A stretch of DNA of 64,000 nucleotides from a virus. Taxonomy: Duplodnaviria; Caudoviricetes. The stretch's first letter is position 1. Each line of letters opens with the position of its first letter. The DNA lies in the IMG/VR virus record IMGVR_UViG_3300012983_000033, positions 64,001 to 128,000 of that record, one strand, 5' to 3'. Under the pieces are notes generated by a model. That model was not told the origin of the DNA, made no database searches, and was given only the letters and a program-made list of their open reading frames with translations. The position numbers and the translations under genes were made by a program. Of this stretch, positions 1 to 10,151 are shown in pieces.

Positions 1-568
1 CTCCCGCAATATAACGAGAGATAAAATCCTCAATACGAAGTAAGTGATGAAGCTGCTTAGGGTCATAACCATATTTATTAATCATATGCATACGCTTTGG
101 ATAATGATGCTCCATTGCGTGATATTTTTCTTTTGCAACACCCTGCATTGCTTTGATTGCCTGATATGGATTCATATGGGCAATCTCTTCTCGAGCATCA
201 ACAAGCTTCTTCCATTCACCAAAATATTCCTCATTGATAAGACAATATTTTGTGAAAAGAATTTCAAGAAAGTTTAAGTTCTGTTTGCGGAAAGTTTGCA
301 TATATAAGCGAACATCCTTAAAATCAATATGTTCATCATTTGCTCGGAAGTGAGTTGTGCTTATAGGTTGTTTGTTCATCGCTATTTTATAGAATGAAGG
401 AACAACAATTAACTTTGTGTCGATGTCGGATTCTTCATAGTCGAGACCGTAGTTGCCACTACCCTGATTAAAGATACCTACAATTTCATCTTGTAAGAAA
501 TATTGATAAGACTCTTCAAGATGTTCATTGACTTTATCCATAATCCATTCATCACTATGAAAGTTCAT
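1..568 (-). CDS. Nucleotidyltransferase-like protein (partial, runs off window start)
   Basis: Own translation from ATG 568: MNFHSDEWIMDKVNEHL...GIFNQGSGNYGLDYEESDIDTK, a GS...DxD Pol-beta-type NTase motif; absent from ORF track because truncated. Confidence 0.7.
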   Translation of the reverse strand, partial: MNFHSDEWIMDKVNEHLEESYQYFLQDEIVGIFNQGSGNYGLDYEESDIDTKLIVVPSFYKIAMNKQPISTTHFRANDEHIDFKDVRLYMQTFRKQNLNFLEILFTKYCLINEEYFGEWKKLVDAREEIAHMNPYQAIKAMQGVAKEKYHAMEHHYPKRMHMINKYGYDPKQLHHLLRIEDFISRYIAG

Positions 569-959
569 CTGTATCCTCCTTTAGCTTAACATATAATCTG
601 TAACCTGTACCGTACCATCCATTATCATATCCCTCATAGGAAACGCAGTTAATGCGGCGGTCCTCAGCGAACACAAAGATATGATATCTGCCGTCGTCTG
701 ATTCGTCTTCAGTAAGACACTCAACATTTGTGATAACATTATCACACTCATTCAGTTCAAAAATATCATACCAACCATGGCCGCAGCCACCACAACCTTC
801 GTTGCCAATAGTTATAAATTCCACTCCGTTATCAAGAATGAATCTGGCTTCCATATCATCAACTTGTATTACTTTAACTATCTTATGAAAAAGTAATAGT
901 TCTTTTACCTTATCATTAAAATCGCGGTCATCAGAATGACCAATATATTTTTTATCCAT
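552..959 (-). CDS. Hypothetical protein
   Basis: GGAGG RBS; ends TAG (555-557) followed immediately by TGA (552-554). Confidence 0.7.
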
Positions 960-970
960 TAATATCCTCC

Positions 971-1288
971 TTATTGATAATCTTCGTCGATGTCATCAGG
1001 ACCAGATGCTTCTTCTACCCAATAATTAAGCCAGCTTTCTCGCTGTCCGTAGTAGACATCCCAACAATCATCTTCAGAAGCATTGCTATCAAGACCGAAG
1101 TCTTGCATATCTCCCATAATATCTCCGATATCAGGAATACCGTGATAACCCTCAAAAGACTCGTAGTCATCTATTGCCTCAATACGAGCCTCGGTCATAG
1201 CATCTTCTTCAGTTTTATACTCATAAGGACCTACACAATAAGTGCCGCCGCCCACAGAGTTAATATATAATCTATACCATTTACTCAT
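971..1288 (-). CDS. Hypothetical acidic protein (similar to 25964..26245)
   Basis: ORF; shared A..EA...AID.(Y/W)ES motif. Confidence 0.65.
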   Translation of the reverse strand: MSKWYRLYINSVGGGTYCVGPYEYKTEEDAMTEARIEAIDDYESFEGYHGIPDIGDIMGDMQDFGLDSNASEDDCWDVYYGQRESWLNYWVEEASGPDDIDEDYQ

Positions 1289-1500
1289 TTGCACTTTTCC
1301 TTTCTTTTAAAGTTTTCACAACGATCGCCCGTATGTATTGAAAGACAATAACAAGTAACTTCTTTAATGGGGCTATCAGAGTATGATTTTAAAACATACA
1401 TATCACAATTTAAACAATTACTATGTCTACAAACTTCATATTTACATTTTTGACAAAGTTCTTCTCTTTTAATTGGATATACTTTTATCTTTCGCTTCAT
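1285..1500 (-). CDS. Small Cys-rich hypothetical protein
   Basis: ORF from MKRKIK, several CxxC motifs, overlaps neighbours. Confidence 0.55.
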   Translation of the reverse strand: MKRKIKVYPIKREELCQKCKYEVCRHSNCLNCDMYVLKSYSDSPIKEVTCYCLSIHTGDRCENFKRKEKCK

Positions 1501-1675
1501 TTCGACTCTCCTTACTGCGAAGACGCTGACATTTTCTTCGCCAATTTCGATTTGACTTTTCAAGTCGTTTGTTTTCTTGAAGTAAGCTCCAAGCAAGTTC
1601 GATTAAATCAATTTCAGTCACTGCAACTTCTCTATTGCGTATAAGAATAAGCATTTCTTCAACATCTTTACACAT
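1469..1675 (-). CDS. Hypothetical coiled-coil protein
   Basis: ORF in tightly packed operon. Confidence 0.5.
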   Translation of the reverse strand: MCKDVEEMLILIRNREVAVTEIDLIELAWSLLQENKRLEKSNRNWRRKCQRLRSKESRNEAKDKSISN

Positions 1676-1844
1676 ATTCTTTACCCTCAATTTCTGCCTT
1701 AAGTTTCTCTAAAATTCTTTCAACCCCTGCTTTATCTGTATTAAAATATTGGATTTTATTTGTTTCAACTGCCCAACACAAAAGGTCATAAAGAAGTTCA
1801 ACTTCACTCTTTTCAAAAGGCAACATTATACTATGCATTATCAT
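1668..1844 (-). CDS. Hypothetical protein
   Basis: ORF with GGAGG RBS. Confidence 0.5.
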   Translation of the reverse strand: MIMHSIMLPFEKSEVELLYDLLCWAVETNKIQYFNTDKAGVERILEKLKAEIEGKEYV

Positions 1845-1997
1845 TTTCCTCCGCTTCCACAATTTCGTTAATAGAATCTTCACATTCTTCAATCATAATT
1901 TTCAGACAATCTGGGCAATAAACTCCAAAGGAGTTTGATGAAACATAAGGATGAACCTTACCACAAAAATCACAATCCATATTTTTAAAAACTGCCA

Positions 1998-2237
1998 TTA
2001 CTCATCCTCCTCATCTTCAGCACCGACTTTTTCGTATCCGCAAATTTCAAACACACTCTGATATTCTTCAAGTTCTTCAAAACATTTTTCTCTTTCTGCA
2101 AATTCTTTGGGTGTTTGGGGATTTGGAAAAGCATCCACGATTAAGTTAATACATTTGTTTCGTGCAAGATACTCTGATGAATAGAAATAATCGTTGCAAT
2201 TCCAGTCCCAAACTCTCCATATTTCATCTCTACCCAT
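1998..2237 (-). CDS. Hypothetical protein (similar to N-terminus of 15946..16464)
   Basis: MGRDEIWRVW...AR..CI..IVD...EL.EY.SV...CG(Y/F). Confidence 0.6.
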   Translation of the reverse strand: MGRDEIWRVWDWNCNDYFYSSEYLARNKCINLIVDAFPNPQTPKEFAEREKCFEELEEYQSVFEICGYEKVGAEDEEDE

Positions 2238-2256
2238 AATATCCTCTCCTTTTGTA

Positions 2257-2604
2257 TTAGAACTGACGCTGAATAAGAAGAAAACGAGGTTCAGGAATTT
2301 CATCACGATTGGGAAAAAGTTCCTTATAAATTTCCATAAGACCTTCTTTTGTGTCTTTTACTATTTTACCCATAGCATAATCAGTGATATCAAGAATATC
2401 ATCTGTTTCATAACATTCAACACCGAGAACAAGAGGACTTTCAAATTCCCAGCTGTGGTAATAGAAACCCTGACCATAATGCTCACCAATATACCAGTCA
2501 TCATCAATAAATTTTTCGACCGCTTCTTCATTAGCATTAAATAAAATATCGTTATCCTCGATAATAAAACCGTAATAAATTGATGCAAGATTTTCTATAC
2601 TCAT
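2257..2604 (-). CDS. Hypothetical protein
   Basis: ORF with RBS. Confidence 0.65.
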   Translation of the reverse strand: MSIENLASIYYGFIIEDNDILFNANEEAVEKFIDDDWYIGEHYGQGFYYHSWEFESPLVLGVECYETDDILDITDYAMGKIVKDTKEGLMEIYKELFPNRDEIPEPRFLLIQRQF

Positions 2605-2624
2605 AATATCATTTCCTTTCTATA

Positions 2625-2957
2625 TTAATCCTCGTCGTATTCAATATCAATAAGTTCAAAACTCTCTTTCCAATCAAAACCTTTCTGGCAGTGAGGACAG
2701 TAACCACTCGCAAGAAAGATTACTTTGTCTTCATCGCAATCCTTGTGTTCAAAAATATTATAATCAAGTTCGTGACCACATTTAGGACATACTGCCCAAT
2801 ATTCTTTGGGTTTCTTCTCTTCTTTCTGAACAAGTTTTTCAAGAACGGCTTCTGCAAGACCAATTTCTTCAAACTCAGCCTCAGCCTCACTACCATAGTA
2901 TTGATAAAGCGAATCAAGTGCTCCGTTGATTATATCCATAGCTTCTCTTACTTTCAT
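2625..2957 (-). CDS. Zn-ribbon hypothetical protein
   Basis: CPKC...CPHC motifs. Confidence 0.65.
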   Translation of the reverse strand: MKVREAMDIINGALDSLYQYYGSEAEAEFEEIGLAEAVLEKLVQKEEKKPKEYWAVCPKCGHELDYNIFEHKDCDEDKVIFLASGYCPHCQKGFDWKESFELIDIEYDED

Positions 2958-2958
2958 A

Positions 2959-3249
2959 TTATAACTTCCTTTCTATTTTATCAAAAAATTTTTTCTTCTA
3001 TTCAGCCTTATATAATCTGGAAAATAGTTCAATTTCTTTTCCACAAACTGGACATTTAATATAGAAAACAGATACCCATTCCTTACTAAAATCAATCTCT
3101 CGTTCAGGACCAATATAACAAAATCTTTTGTATGTTTTTTCTGGGTCACAAAAAACTTTTTCATATATATCACTATGTGTGTATCCAAGCAATGAATTAC
3201 AAGAAGGGCAAGTATATTTTCGCATATCTCCATATTTAAGAACTTCCAT
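2959..3249 (-). CDS. Zn-ribbon hypothetical protein (one in-frame TAG at 2998-3000)
   Basis: CPSC/CPVC motifs; reading through TAG gives TAA at 2959, next to the following ATG at 2957. Confidence 0.55.
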
Positions 3250-3348
3250 ATTAAAACTCCTTTTTAAAAATTATTTTTTTCCTACTTTCTATAATAATTA
3301 TATCAAAATTTTTAAGAAAAATCAAATCACTATCATATAAATAACACT

Positions 3349-3383
3349 ACGGCCGCACCCTTTACACAGAAGGATGCGGCCGT
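3349..3383 (-). terminator. GC-rich hairpin after nadE
   Basis: cggccgca...tgcggccg inverted repeat. Confidence 0.5.
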
Positions 3384-3386
3384 CTA

Positions 3387-4160
3387 TTATTCCCAACCAT
3401 AAATTTTTTGGAATGAATAAGGCTGCGGGAGTGTCATCTGTTTAAAGCGATTAGCCTTATGTTTTGTCTTAATAAGTTCAATTACCTTTTCACTGTCGCA
3501 CTTACCAGTCCTGATATAAGTATCTAACTGTTCATAAGTAAAACCAAATCTATCCTCATCCGTCTGACCACAGAGTCCGTCAGAAGGAGTTTTGTGTGTA
3601 AGGAAATGCGGCAATCCAAGAGCATCACCGATGGCTACAACCTCGCTCGCTGTATAATTGGCGAGAGGTGCGAAATCACCAATATTATCACCCCAACGGG
3701 TTGAATAACCGATATATGATTCAGAAAGATTATCTGTGCAGACCACTCGACCTCCAATTGACTGGGATACAAAGTAAAGAACCGTCATACGAATACGGGG
3801 AGGTAAATTGATTATTGCCTGCTCAGAAGGCTGAAAGGCTCTTCCTGCTGTGGCAGCAACTTCTAAACCAAGAGCCGACACAACGGACTCTATATTTACT
3901 ACATATCGATCAATGTCAAGATAATTACAAACATTAAAAGAATCCTTAATATCTTTTTGTTCACCATTCGGCATTAAAACTCCTACTACTCTATCTTTAC
4001 CAAGAGCTTCTACGCACAAAGCTGCGGCGACCGTGGAATCCTTACCACCGCTAATGCCAATAACAGCATTGCAATCTTTCCCGTTCTCTTCAAACCAATC
4101 TCGTATCCACTGTACGATACGGTCTTTATGTTCTACTGCATTAAAATCTTCTCTTACCAT
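3387..4160 (-). CDS. nadE: NH3-dependent NAD+ synthetase
   Basis: GISGGKDS PP-loop, RIRMT, N.SE..IGYSTRWGD, PSDGL...TDE motifs. Confidence 0.92.
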   Translation of the reverse strand: MVREDFNAVEHKDRIVQWIRDWFEENGKDCNAVIGISGGKDSTVAAALCVEALGKDRVVGVLMPNGEQKDIKDSFNVCNYLDIDRYVVNIESVVSALGLEVAATAGRAFQPSEQAIINLPPRIRMTVLYFVSQSIGGRVVCTDNLSESYIGYSTRWGDNIGDFAPLANYTASEVVAIGDALGLPHFLTHKTPSDGLCGQTDEDRFGFTYEQLDTYIRTGKCDSEKVIELIKTKHKANRFKQMTLPQPYSFQKIYGWE

Positions 4161-4345
4161 ATATATTTAGTTACCTCCCAATCTTCTAAAAAATCTTCAA
4201 GACTTGAATATGAACAGGATTTTGTTTCCCAAGTAATCTTTAATAATCCAAGTTTTATTTCTGATGTGATGGTGTAGAGTTCATCGGTATGAAGTCCCAT
4301 TGAACCATTTTCACCAATATATCTTGCTACGATTTTCTTATCCAT
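4154..4345 (-). CDS. Hypothetical protein
   Basis: ORF overlapping both neighbours. Confidence 0.55.
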   Translation of the reverse strand: MDKKIVARYIGENGSMGLHTDELYTITSEIKLGLLKITWETKSCSYSSLEDFLEDWEVTKYIW

Positions 4346-4700
4346 TTTCAGTCTTTTCCCTTATAATATAAATCTTACCGTCTTGATCAACAATCTCATA
4401 TTCTTCAAAAAATTCATTCATTTGGACTTCATCGGATATTATGACTTTATATTGGGTTTCATATGTTTTGGGAATTTCAAAAACGGCACCCATCATTGCT
4501 CCTGTCAAACCGCCCGCAACCACTACAATTACTGCAGCAAATATTGCAACAGCGTCCCAGCCTACATCATGTAAGGCTATGATAGAAATAATAATTCCTA
4601 TCACCCCTACTACTGCAAATGCGATCCAAAACGCCTTCCAGTTAAATATAGCTTCAGCTACTACTTCTGCCTGTGATAAAACTTCAATTCCTTTAAGCAT
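4338..4700 (-). CDS. Two-TM membrane protein (similar to 15135..15470)
   Basis: Two hydrophobic helices plus C-terminal Y.V.I.D...Y..VD..GK domain. Confidence 0.7.
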   Translation of the reverse strand: MLKGIEVLSQAEVVAEAIFNWKAFWIAFAVVGVIGIIISIIALHDVGWDAVAIFAAVIVVVAGGLTGAMMGAVFEIPKTYETQYKVIISDEVQMNEFFEEYEIVDQDGKIYIIREKTENG

Positions 4701-5254
4701 TAGTAAATATTCACTCCTTTACTTACCAACTTTTTATATGCTTCACTTAAAATATGGTCATACCCATCTTTATCGCCTCTAACAACACCACAATCAATAC
4801 GATGATAATCAAGCATATGAAGAATTTCCTCTGCAAGAGCATCACTCTCTGCTTCGGTCTGACTGCGGCCCTTCGGATTATATACTTTACCTCGTTTAAT
4901 AAAGAAGTTTATGTTGTCATATGTATTAAAAACATTTAAGATAACCTCATTAAAGGGTTGTCCAAGTGCGGGATTTGTATTGTAGATAATAGCAAGAGGA
5001 AGCGGACTATCTGTGATAATAACATCAACATCATCGCGGCATCTTGCAAGTCGATAAGACTGTTTACCAAACACATATTCCTGACAACTTAAGGCAAGTG
5101 TATTACCTTCCCAAGTTTTATCCTTCGCAAACTCTGTAACGAGCTCGGCGTTTATGCCACACTGTTTGAGTTCTGAAAAGATGTATGCGGCACCTGTGCT
5201 TTTACCAGCACCCGGCGCTCCAAATAGATTTATTACAAGCGGTACTTTATTCAT
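4700..5254 (-). CDS. P-loop kinase, NadR/AAA_28-like
   Basis: INLFGAPGAGKST, VTEFAK, IITDSPL motifs. Confidence 0.75.
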   Translation of the reverse strand: MNKVPLVINLFGAPGAGKSTGAAYIFSELKQCGINAELVTEFAKDKTWEGNTLALSCQEYVFGKQSYRLARCRDDVDVIITDSPLPLAIIYNTNPALGQPFNEVILNVFNTYDNINFFIKRGKVYNPKGRSQTEAESDALAEEILHMLDYHRIDCGVVRGDKDGYDHILSEAYKKLVSKGVNIY

Positions 5255-5426
5255 ATTATCCTCCTTACTTTAAAGCTCCAATTACGACTGCGATTATATC
5301 TAATATTGTAGTTGCACCATAAAAGGCTGCCCAACCCCATTTCTTTTCAGCAAGACAGTGAATGGTTTCATTTAAGAAAAAGCCTATAAAAACCAGATAA
5401 AACATTTCTAACATATGTTGTTCTCC

Positions 5427-5669
5427 TTATCCTATCGATATACTTACTGTTGCAATTTCATCAGTTCTTACAAAAATATTTTTTGTGTGCATTCTATCGC
5501 CAAGGCTTATGAACTGATTATCGCCACTTTTTAAATAATCTTTTGCAAGATCATATGAATTATCATAATCATTTTTATCATAACCCTCAATCTTTTCTCC
5601 CGATTTAAGGATTATTTCAAATTTCCACCAATATTTTCTTTCGTGTTCATCTTTACTCGTCAATAACAT
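5427..5669 (-). CDS. Hypothetical protein
   Basis: ORF with RBS. Confidence 0.55.
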   Translation of the reverse strand: MLLTSKDEHERKYWWKFEIILKSGEKIEGYDKNDYDNSYDLAKDYLKSGDNQFISLGDRMHTKNIFVRTDEIATVSISIG

Positions 5670-5860
5670 ATTTATTCACATACTCCTTATAATCTTCATT
5701 CTCAAGTTGCCATTGTCCTTCAAAAACAATTTTAATCGGCTTTGGTGCTGGAATTAGTATTGGTATTAAAGGCTTATTACCAGCCACATATATCGAATCC
5801 TCACCTTCAAATGGTTTTATCTATGCAGAATCAACACTAAAAAGTTTTTCACACATATTT

Positions 5861-6121
5861 TTATTCCTCCCTCGATGGCATCTCAAGATAGTTATATAGT
5901 TTTTCAATACCGTCTGGTGTATCAACTCTAATAACTTTTCCTTCATCCGAACTACTTCTTCGAAGTTTAATAGCAAACACAGTATTATCGCGGGAGTCCC
6001 AAGTCGCCTCAATATACTTATAAGGGATACGATTTCTTTTACAAGTATTATACATATTTGGACCCCAAGCATTATTTTCACTTACAAAATTGAGAAACTC
6101 TGCAAACTGTTCTGGTGTCAT
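5861..6121 (-). CDS. Hypothetical protein
   Basis: TAATG coupling to upstream ORF. Confidence 0.6.
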   Translation of the reverse strand: MTPEQFAEFLNFVSENNAWGPNMYNTCKRNRIPYKYIEATWDSRDNTVFAIKLRRSSSDEGKVIRVDTPDGIEKLYNYLEMPSREE

Positions 6122-6390
6122 TATTCTTCCTCCAATGCCTTTCTTAATAATCTTCTAAGATCAAGCGAATATCCATTCTCAAGCCAAGCATCTTTTAATA
6201 GATTCCAATTATCTGGTTGTTCAAAGAATGAGGCAATCTGGTCGATTATTTCTTCTTCTGCATCAGGGATTTCAGAAATATGTTTATAAGGTAACAGCAC
6301 AAACTTTACTGTATCAGTTACTGAACCAACCTTTGCCTCTGCTTCAGCTACATAGTTTGGAAGTTTATCAACATTTATATATCGACCCAT
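6121..6390 (-). CDS. Hypothetical protein
   Basis: ORF from MGRYIN with RBS. Confidence 0.55.
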   Translation of the reverse strand: MGRYINVDKLPNYVAEAEAKVGSVTDTVKFVLLPYKHISEIPDAEEEIIDQIASFFEQPDNWNLLKDAWLENGYSLDLRRLLRKALEEE

Positions 6391-6391
6391 A

Positions 6392-6619
6392 TCAAAACTC
6401 CTTCCACTCATTGAGCTTTTTCTGTATCTGTTCATACTGCATAAAAGCGATATCAACTCTATCATAATAATTCTCTTCGCCGCCGATATTAAGCGACTCA
6501 ACAAGTCTTATAACAACTTCTTCCTTATTCGGTGCGGGCGGTGATGATTTCTGAACACCCGTGCCGCGATTTGGAGGGGCAGTTTTACTTTCTTCAGTTG
6601 GTTGCCAAGTATTCATCAT
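6392..6619 (-). CDS. Hypothetical protein
   Basis: ORF downstream of sigmaA-like promoter. Confidence 0.55.
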   Translation of the reverse strand: MMNTWQPTEESKTAPPNRGTGVQKSSPPAPNKEEVVIRLVESLNIGGEENYYDRVDIAFMQYEQIQKKLNEWKEF

Positions 6620-6721
6620 ATATATAATTCTCTCCTTTATCTATCTTATATAAATATTATATCAAAAATTTAATAATTTTGCAAATAATTTAAGCCATAG
6701 TATTATTACTATGGCGTCTTA

Positions 6722-6964
6722 TTATTCAATGTTTACAATATTATTTGTATAATAGGTTGTAGATGCAACAGGAGTTCTACAATGTGTTCCTTCCATAGAA
6801 GTGCCAGTCACAAACATTGGCTGGGTTGCTGTGCCAATTGAGGCTAAAGCCTTTTCCATTCGTTGGATTGCTTTCTCACAATCTCTCTCCTGACCAGAAG
6901 AATGGCTATCCCAATAACACTTTTCAACTGGATCGTAACTTGTACAAAAATCACATTTTGTCAT
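6722..6964 (-). CDS. Hypothetical protein
   Basis: ORF with RBS. Confidence 0.5.
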   Translation of the reverse strand: MTKCDFCTSYDPVEKCYWDSHSSGQERDCEKAIQRMEKALASIGTATQPMFVTGTSMEGTHCRTPVASTTYYTNNIVNIE

Positions 6965-7122
6965 ATTATCACCTTCTTTTTAGTGAGTATAATTCCATAA
7001 TATTGTTGCAAAAAATACAGCAATTATCCAGAATGTGCTACCAATAAAATAATGGTTTTTATCAAAAGCACAAACTGTGATAATACCGAATATTACAGTC
7101 ATCAATAAGAGAATAAAAACCA

Positions 7123-7431
7123 TCAATTTTCTATTCCCTCTCTTGACTTCATCTGTTCATATGAAATTGCTTTATTCCTAACAAGTTTAGGAATAGAACA
7201 CTCAGGAATCTGAATAAATGAACCACAACAAGGACATATTACACCATAATCGGTTTGTAATTCAGAAGAAAAAATAAGTTCTTTCCACATACGATAGCAA
7301 ATATCACTTTCATCAATACTAAGCACTGCACCACAATAATCAGATTCTTCTCCCCAATAACCGGTTTTATTTTTATATTGTTTACAAATTATTTCTGCTT
7401 CATATGTATCAGGCTTTTTTATAATTTTCAT
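7123..7431 (-). CDS. Zn-ribbon hypothetical protein
   Basis: C...CG and CPCC motifs. Confidence 0.6.
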   Translation of the reverse strand: MKIIKKPDTYEAEIICKQYKNKTGYWGEESDYCGAVLSIDESDICYRMWKELIFSSELQTDYGVICPCCGSFIQIPECSIPKLVRNKAISYEQMKSREGIEN

Positions 7432-7778
7432 TATACATCACTTCCCCACAATTTATCTTCAAATTCTCCTGCGAACCAAAGGCGATAAATATTATGACCC
7501 TGCCGCAGTTCACGATTCGTTAAATCTTTGAGTAACTTCCATTCCCCTCTTTTATTGCGAAGATATATTTCAAATGTGTCTCCATTCCACGCAAATTTAT
7601 CAGCATTTAAGAGAATAATTAAATCGTTTGTATATATTGATACATTCCCAACAAAGGACTGTTGAAGATATTGTGCTTGATTAAAGCAATAACTTGCCCC
7701 TTTCGTGGCATCTACCCAAAACGCCCTACTCGGTGCAGTATCGTGAGTGAGTATACCATCTTCAAAATAAACTTTCAT
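7431..7778 (-). CDS. Hypothetical protein
   Basis: ORF, translationally coupled. Confidence 0.65.
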   Translation of the reverse strand: MKVYFEDGILTHDTAPSRAFWVDATKGASYCFNQAQYLQQSFVGNVSIYTNDLIILLNADKFAWNGDTFEIYLRNKRGEWKLLKDLTNRELRQGHNIYRLWFAGEFEDKLWGSDV

Positions 7779-7946
7779 TTAATTCCTCCTGTTTCATTCT
7801 CTCATAAAGTATCTTCATACTAATTCCACGACATCTTACTTGATTTGGGCAAATTATACAAACAGAGGTAATGGTAGTAAGTTTATTTGTTTCTAACAGA
7901 CACGCTCGCAGCTCTTCATCTGTGGCGTCTATATTCGTTGTAAACA

Positions 7947-8255
7947 TTAAACTTCCCTCCAACCATTTTTCTGTATAATTGCTCTCATATTCGCCACACC
8001 GACAGAATTCATACTATGAATTCTGATTGGATAGTTGCGGCCGGTCTCTTCGAGCCAGTCAAGAAGTTTTATATAGTCGCCGCCATACTGAGCATATTCA
8101 CCAGCATCGTGGTCTATGTCAATGAGTTCAATTGTATAACAATATTGAATGTGTGGATCTATTAAAAAACGCTTAGCCTCATTAACACTTTTACACCAAA
8201 TATATCCCTCAGGTGCGGGTCTTACATCGTCAATCCAAAGCTTCAATTTCTTCAC
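7947..8255 (-). CDS. Cyclic-phosphate-processing receiver-domain protein
   Basis: KLWIDDVRPAP, DIDHDAG and IHSMNSVG motifs. Confidence 0.75.
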   Translation of the reverse strand: MKKLKLWIDDVRPAPEGYIWCKSVNEAKRFLIDPHIQYCYTIELIDIDHDAGEYAQYGGDYIKLLDWLEETGRNYPIRIHSMNSVGVANMRAIIQKNGWREV

Positions 8256-8403
8256 TTCCTATCATAACTAATTCACCAGATATATGGAGGTAATAATAGC
8301 TATATCCCTCATCTGCATAAGCAAAACTTGCTCCATTCTCATAAAGTTCTTCTATCGTTACTTCTCGAGCATACATTTTTTAACTCCTTTTCTACTTTAT
8401 ATA

Positions 8404-8838
8404 TTACCAAGTCATATCAAATGCTTCGATTTCTGAAGTGTCGAAAACAAAATCTTCTTCGTCTTCGCCTCCACAAAAAATAATATCATCAAAATTAAGA
8501 CGGAAGCCTATCGATTCAGAAGTAAGTTCCGCATTAATAAGTTTCATATTTCGTCTTTCAAGAAACTCTTTTAAAAACTGAGGAGAAGGATTATCAACCT
8601 TATTAAGACGACCGTTTTCACCATAAAACATATAAATTGTTTTCCAACGCATTGAATAGCAATTCTTACCTATATCATTGGTATAGCAATAACCTTCAGC
8701 ATCAACGCCGCAAAGGCACATATTATTTTCTTCTACTGATAATTCACTTGCATCCGCAGTTTCATCACCAAACCAAAGGGCATCAATAAGAAGAGTTTCT
8801 ACATTGTCTGAAGTTGAACCGTTAATATATGCTTTCAT
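8404..8838 (-). CDS. Hypothetical protein
   Basis: ORF after sigmaA-like promoter. Confidence 0.6.
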   Translation of the reverse strand: MKAYINGSTSDNVETLLIDALWFGDETADASELSVEENNMCLCGVDAEGYCYTNDIGKNCYSMRWKTIYMFYGENGRLNKVDNPSPQFLKEFLERRNMKLINAELTSESIGFRLNFDDIIFCGGEDEEDFVFDTSEIEAFDMTW

Positions 8839-8957
8839 ATAATCATTCCCTTTCTAAATTTATATACTTTTCTTACTTTCTATAATAATTATAACATTAT
8901 TTTATAAAAAAGTCAAAAAGAGACTTATTGCTAAGTCTCTTCATCAAGTGGACATAA

Positions 8958-9140
8958 TCAATTTATTTTCTTGAAAACTACGGTAAGATAATGTCTATCT
9001 GTAGAGTAACTGAAAGCTCGAACCTCATGGGTGGCAGAAATGATTTCTTCGTTGTACTTTTCTGCCCACTCATTAGCTTCATAAACTACTTCACTGCTAC
9101 TATCACCCGAAAATATTTTAATATAAGTATTCATACTCAC
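8958..9140 (-). CDS. Hypothetical protein
   Basis: ORF with GAGGTG RBS. Confidence 0.5.
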   Translation of the reverse strand: MSMNTYIKIFSGDSSSEVVYEANEWAEKYNEEIISATHEVRAFSYSTDRHYLTVVFKKIN

Positions 9141-9196
9141 ACCTCAATTGTATTGATACGACCGCCAAATGATTTTGCCATAATAATCTTCCTTTC

Positions 9197-9694
9197 TTAT
9201 CCTTTATCGCACTCACAAACAAGCACAACAGTATCTGTAAAATGTTTTTCCATTAAACCGAGAACCTTTTCCCAGTCACCACCGCCACGAGCACATCCAA
9301 ACTTATATGGAAATGCGAGAACGGGAGAGGAAATTGGGAAAAATTCCTTACAAAAGAAATTAATTGTAGCGAAGCATTTTTCCAAAGCATCATAGTCAGT
9401 ATAACACTTTCCGTCATATCCATAGTCTAACTGTCCATAGATATTCAAAACACCCAAAAAGTCGTTTTCATTTCGTGCTTCCCACGGAGATTTAAGTTTT
9501 ATAAATTGTGTACATCCAAGCAAGTCTTCTGGTGAGCGACTTTCGCACCAATTCATATATTCACTATATACAATAGGAAATCGTTTCTTAACTTGCTTTG
9601 CAACGCCGCTGCCCATTACTCCCTGACAATTTACTTGATGACAGAGAATATCAGCACCACTTTCAAATATATCACACTTTTTGTGTACTATCAT
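9197..9694 (-). CDS. Macrodomain (ADP-ribose processing) protein
   Basis: DIF...HQVNCQGVMGSGVAKQ and P..FGCARGGG.W motifs. Confidence 0.9.
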   Translation of the reverse strand: MIVHKKCDIFESGADILCHQVNCQGVMGSGVAKQVKKRFPIVYSEYMNWCESRSPEDLLGCTQFIKLKSPWEARNENDFLGVLNIYGQLDYGYDGKCYTDYDALEKCFATINFFCKEFFPISSPVLAFPYKFGCARGGGDWEKVLGLMEKHFTDTVVLVCECDKG

Positions 9695-10151
9695 CTGCTT
9701 TAGCCTCCTTTTGCAATCTCGCCCTTATTGATGTTAAACGAGAGCAGAATTCAGAACGAGTTAAAACCGTCTCGGTAATTTTAGTTTTTCCAATTGAGTG
9801 AGTGAGAACTGCCGTTCCAGTAGCAAGTAACGCTTTCTGGAACGAAGTGTTCTGCGCGAGGGCATCAAATGCTCTGTCAAGCAATAACTGATATTCAACA
9901 CTATCTCTCTTAAAGGACTGACCCTGCCAGTGTAAGGTCTGTGTCCTCCACCATTTCTTTTTCTTTCCCTTAAACTTCGCCGCCTTGCCCACTAAAAGAC
10001 AAACTGTCTTCTGCATCTCGGGGTCTTGGAATTTTAAACTCTGCAAGAACCCTTCCATTGAATTGCATTGGACTCCGTCAATAATGAAGGGATGCGGCGA
10101 GAAGTTAGATAATGCTGCGGCAGGGAAACCGCATCCTGAACCTATATCCAT
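9672..10151 (-). CDS. NADAR/YbiA-like protein
   Basis: LSNF..HPF..DG....SMEGFLQ..KF and ALLATG motifs. Confidence 0.75.
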   Translation of the reverse strand: MDIGSGCGFPAAALSNFSPHPFIIDGVQCNSMEGFLQSLKFQDPEMQKTVCLLVGKAAKFKGKKKKWWRTQTLHWQGQSFKRDSVEYQLLLDRAFDALAQNTSFQKALLATGTAVLTHSIGKTKITETVLTRSEFCSRLTSIRARLQKEAKADDSTQKV

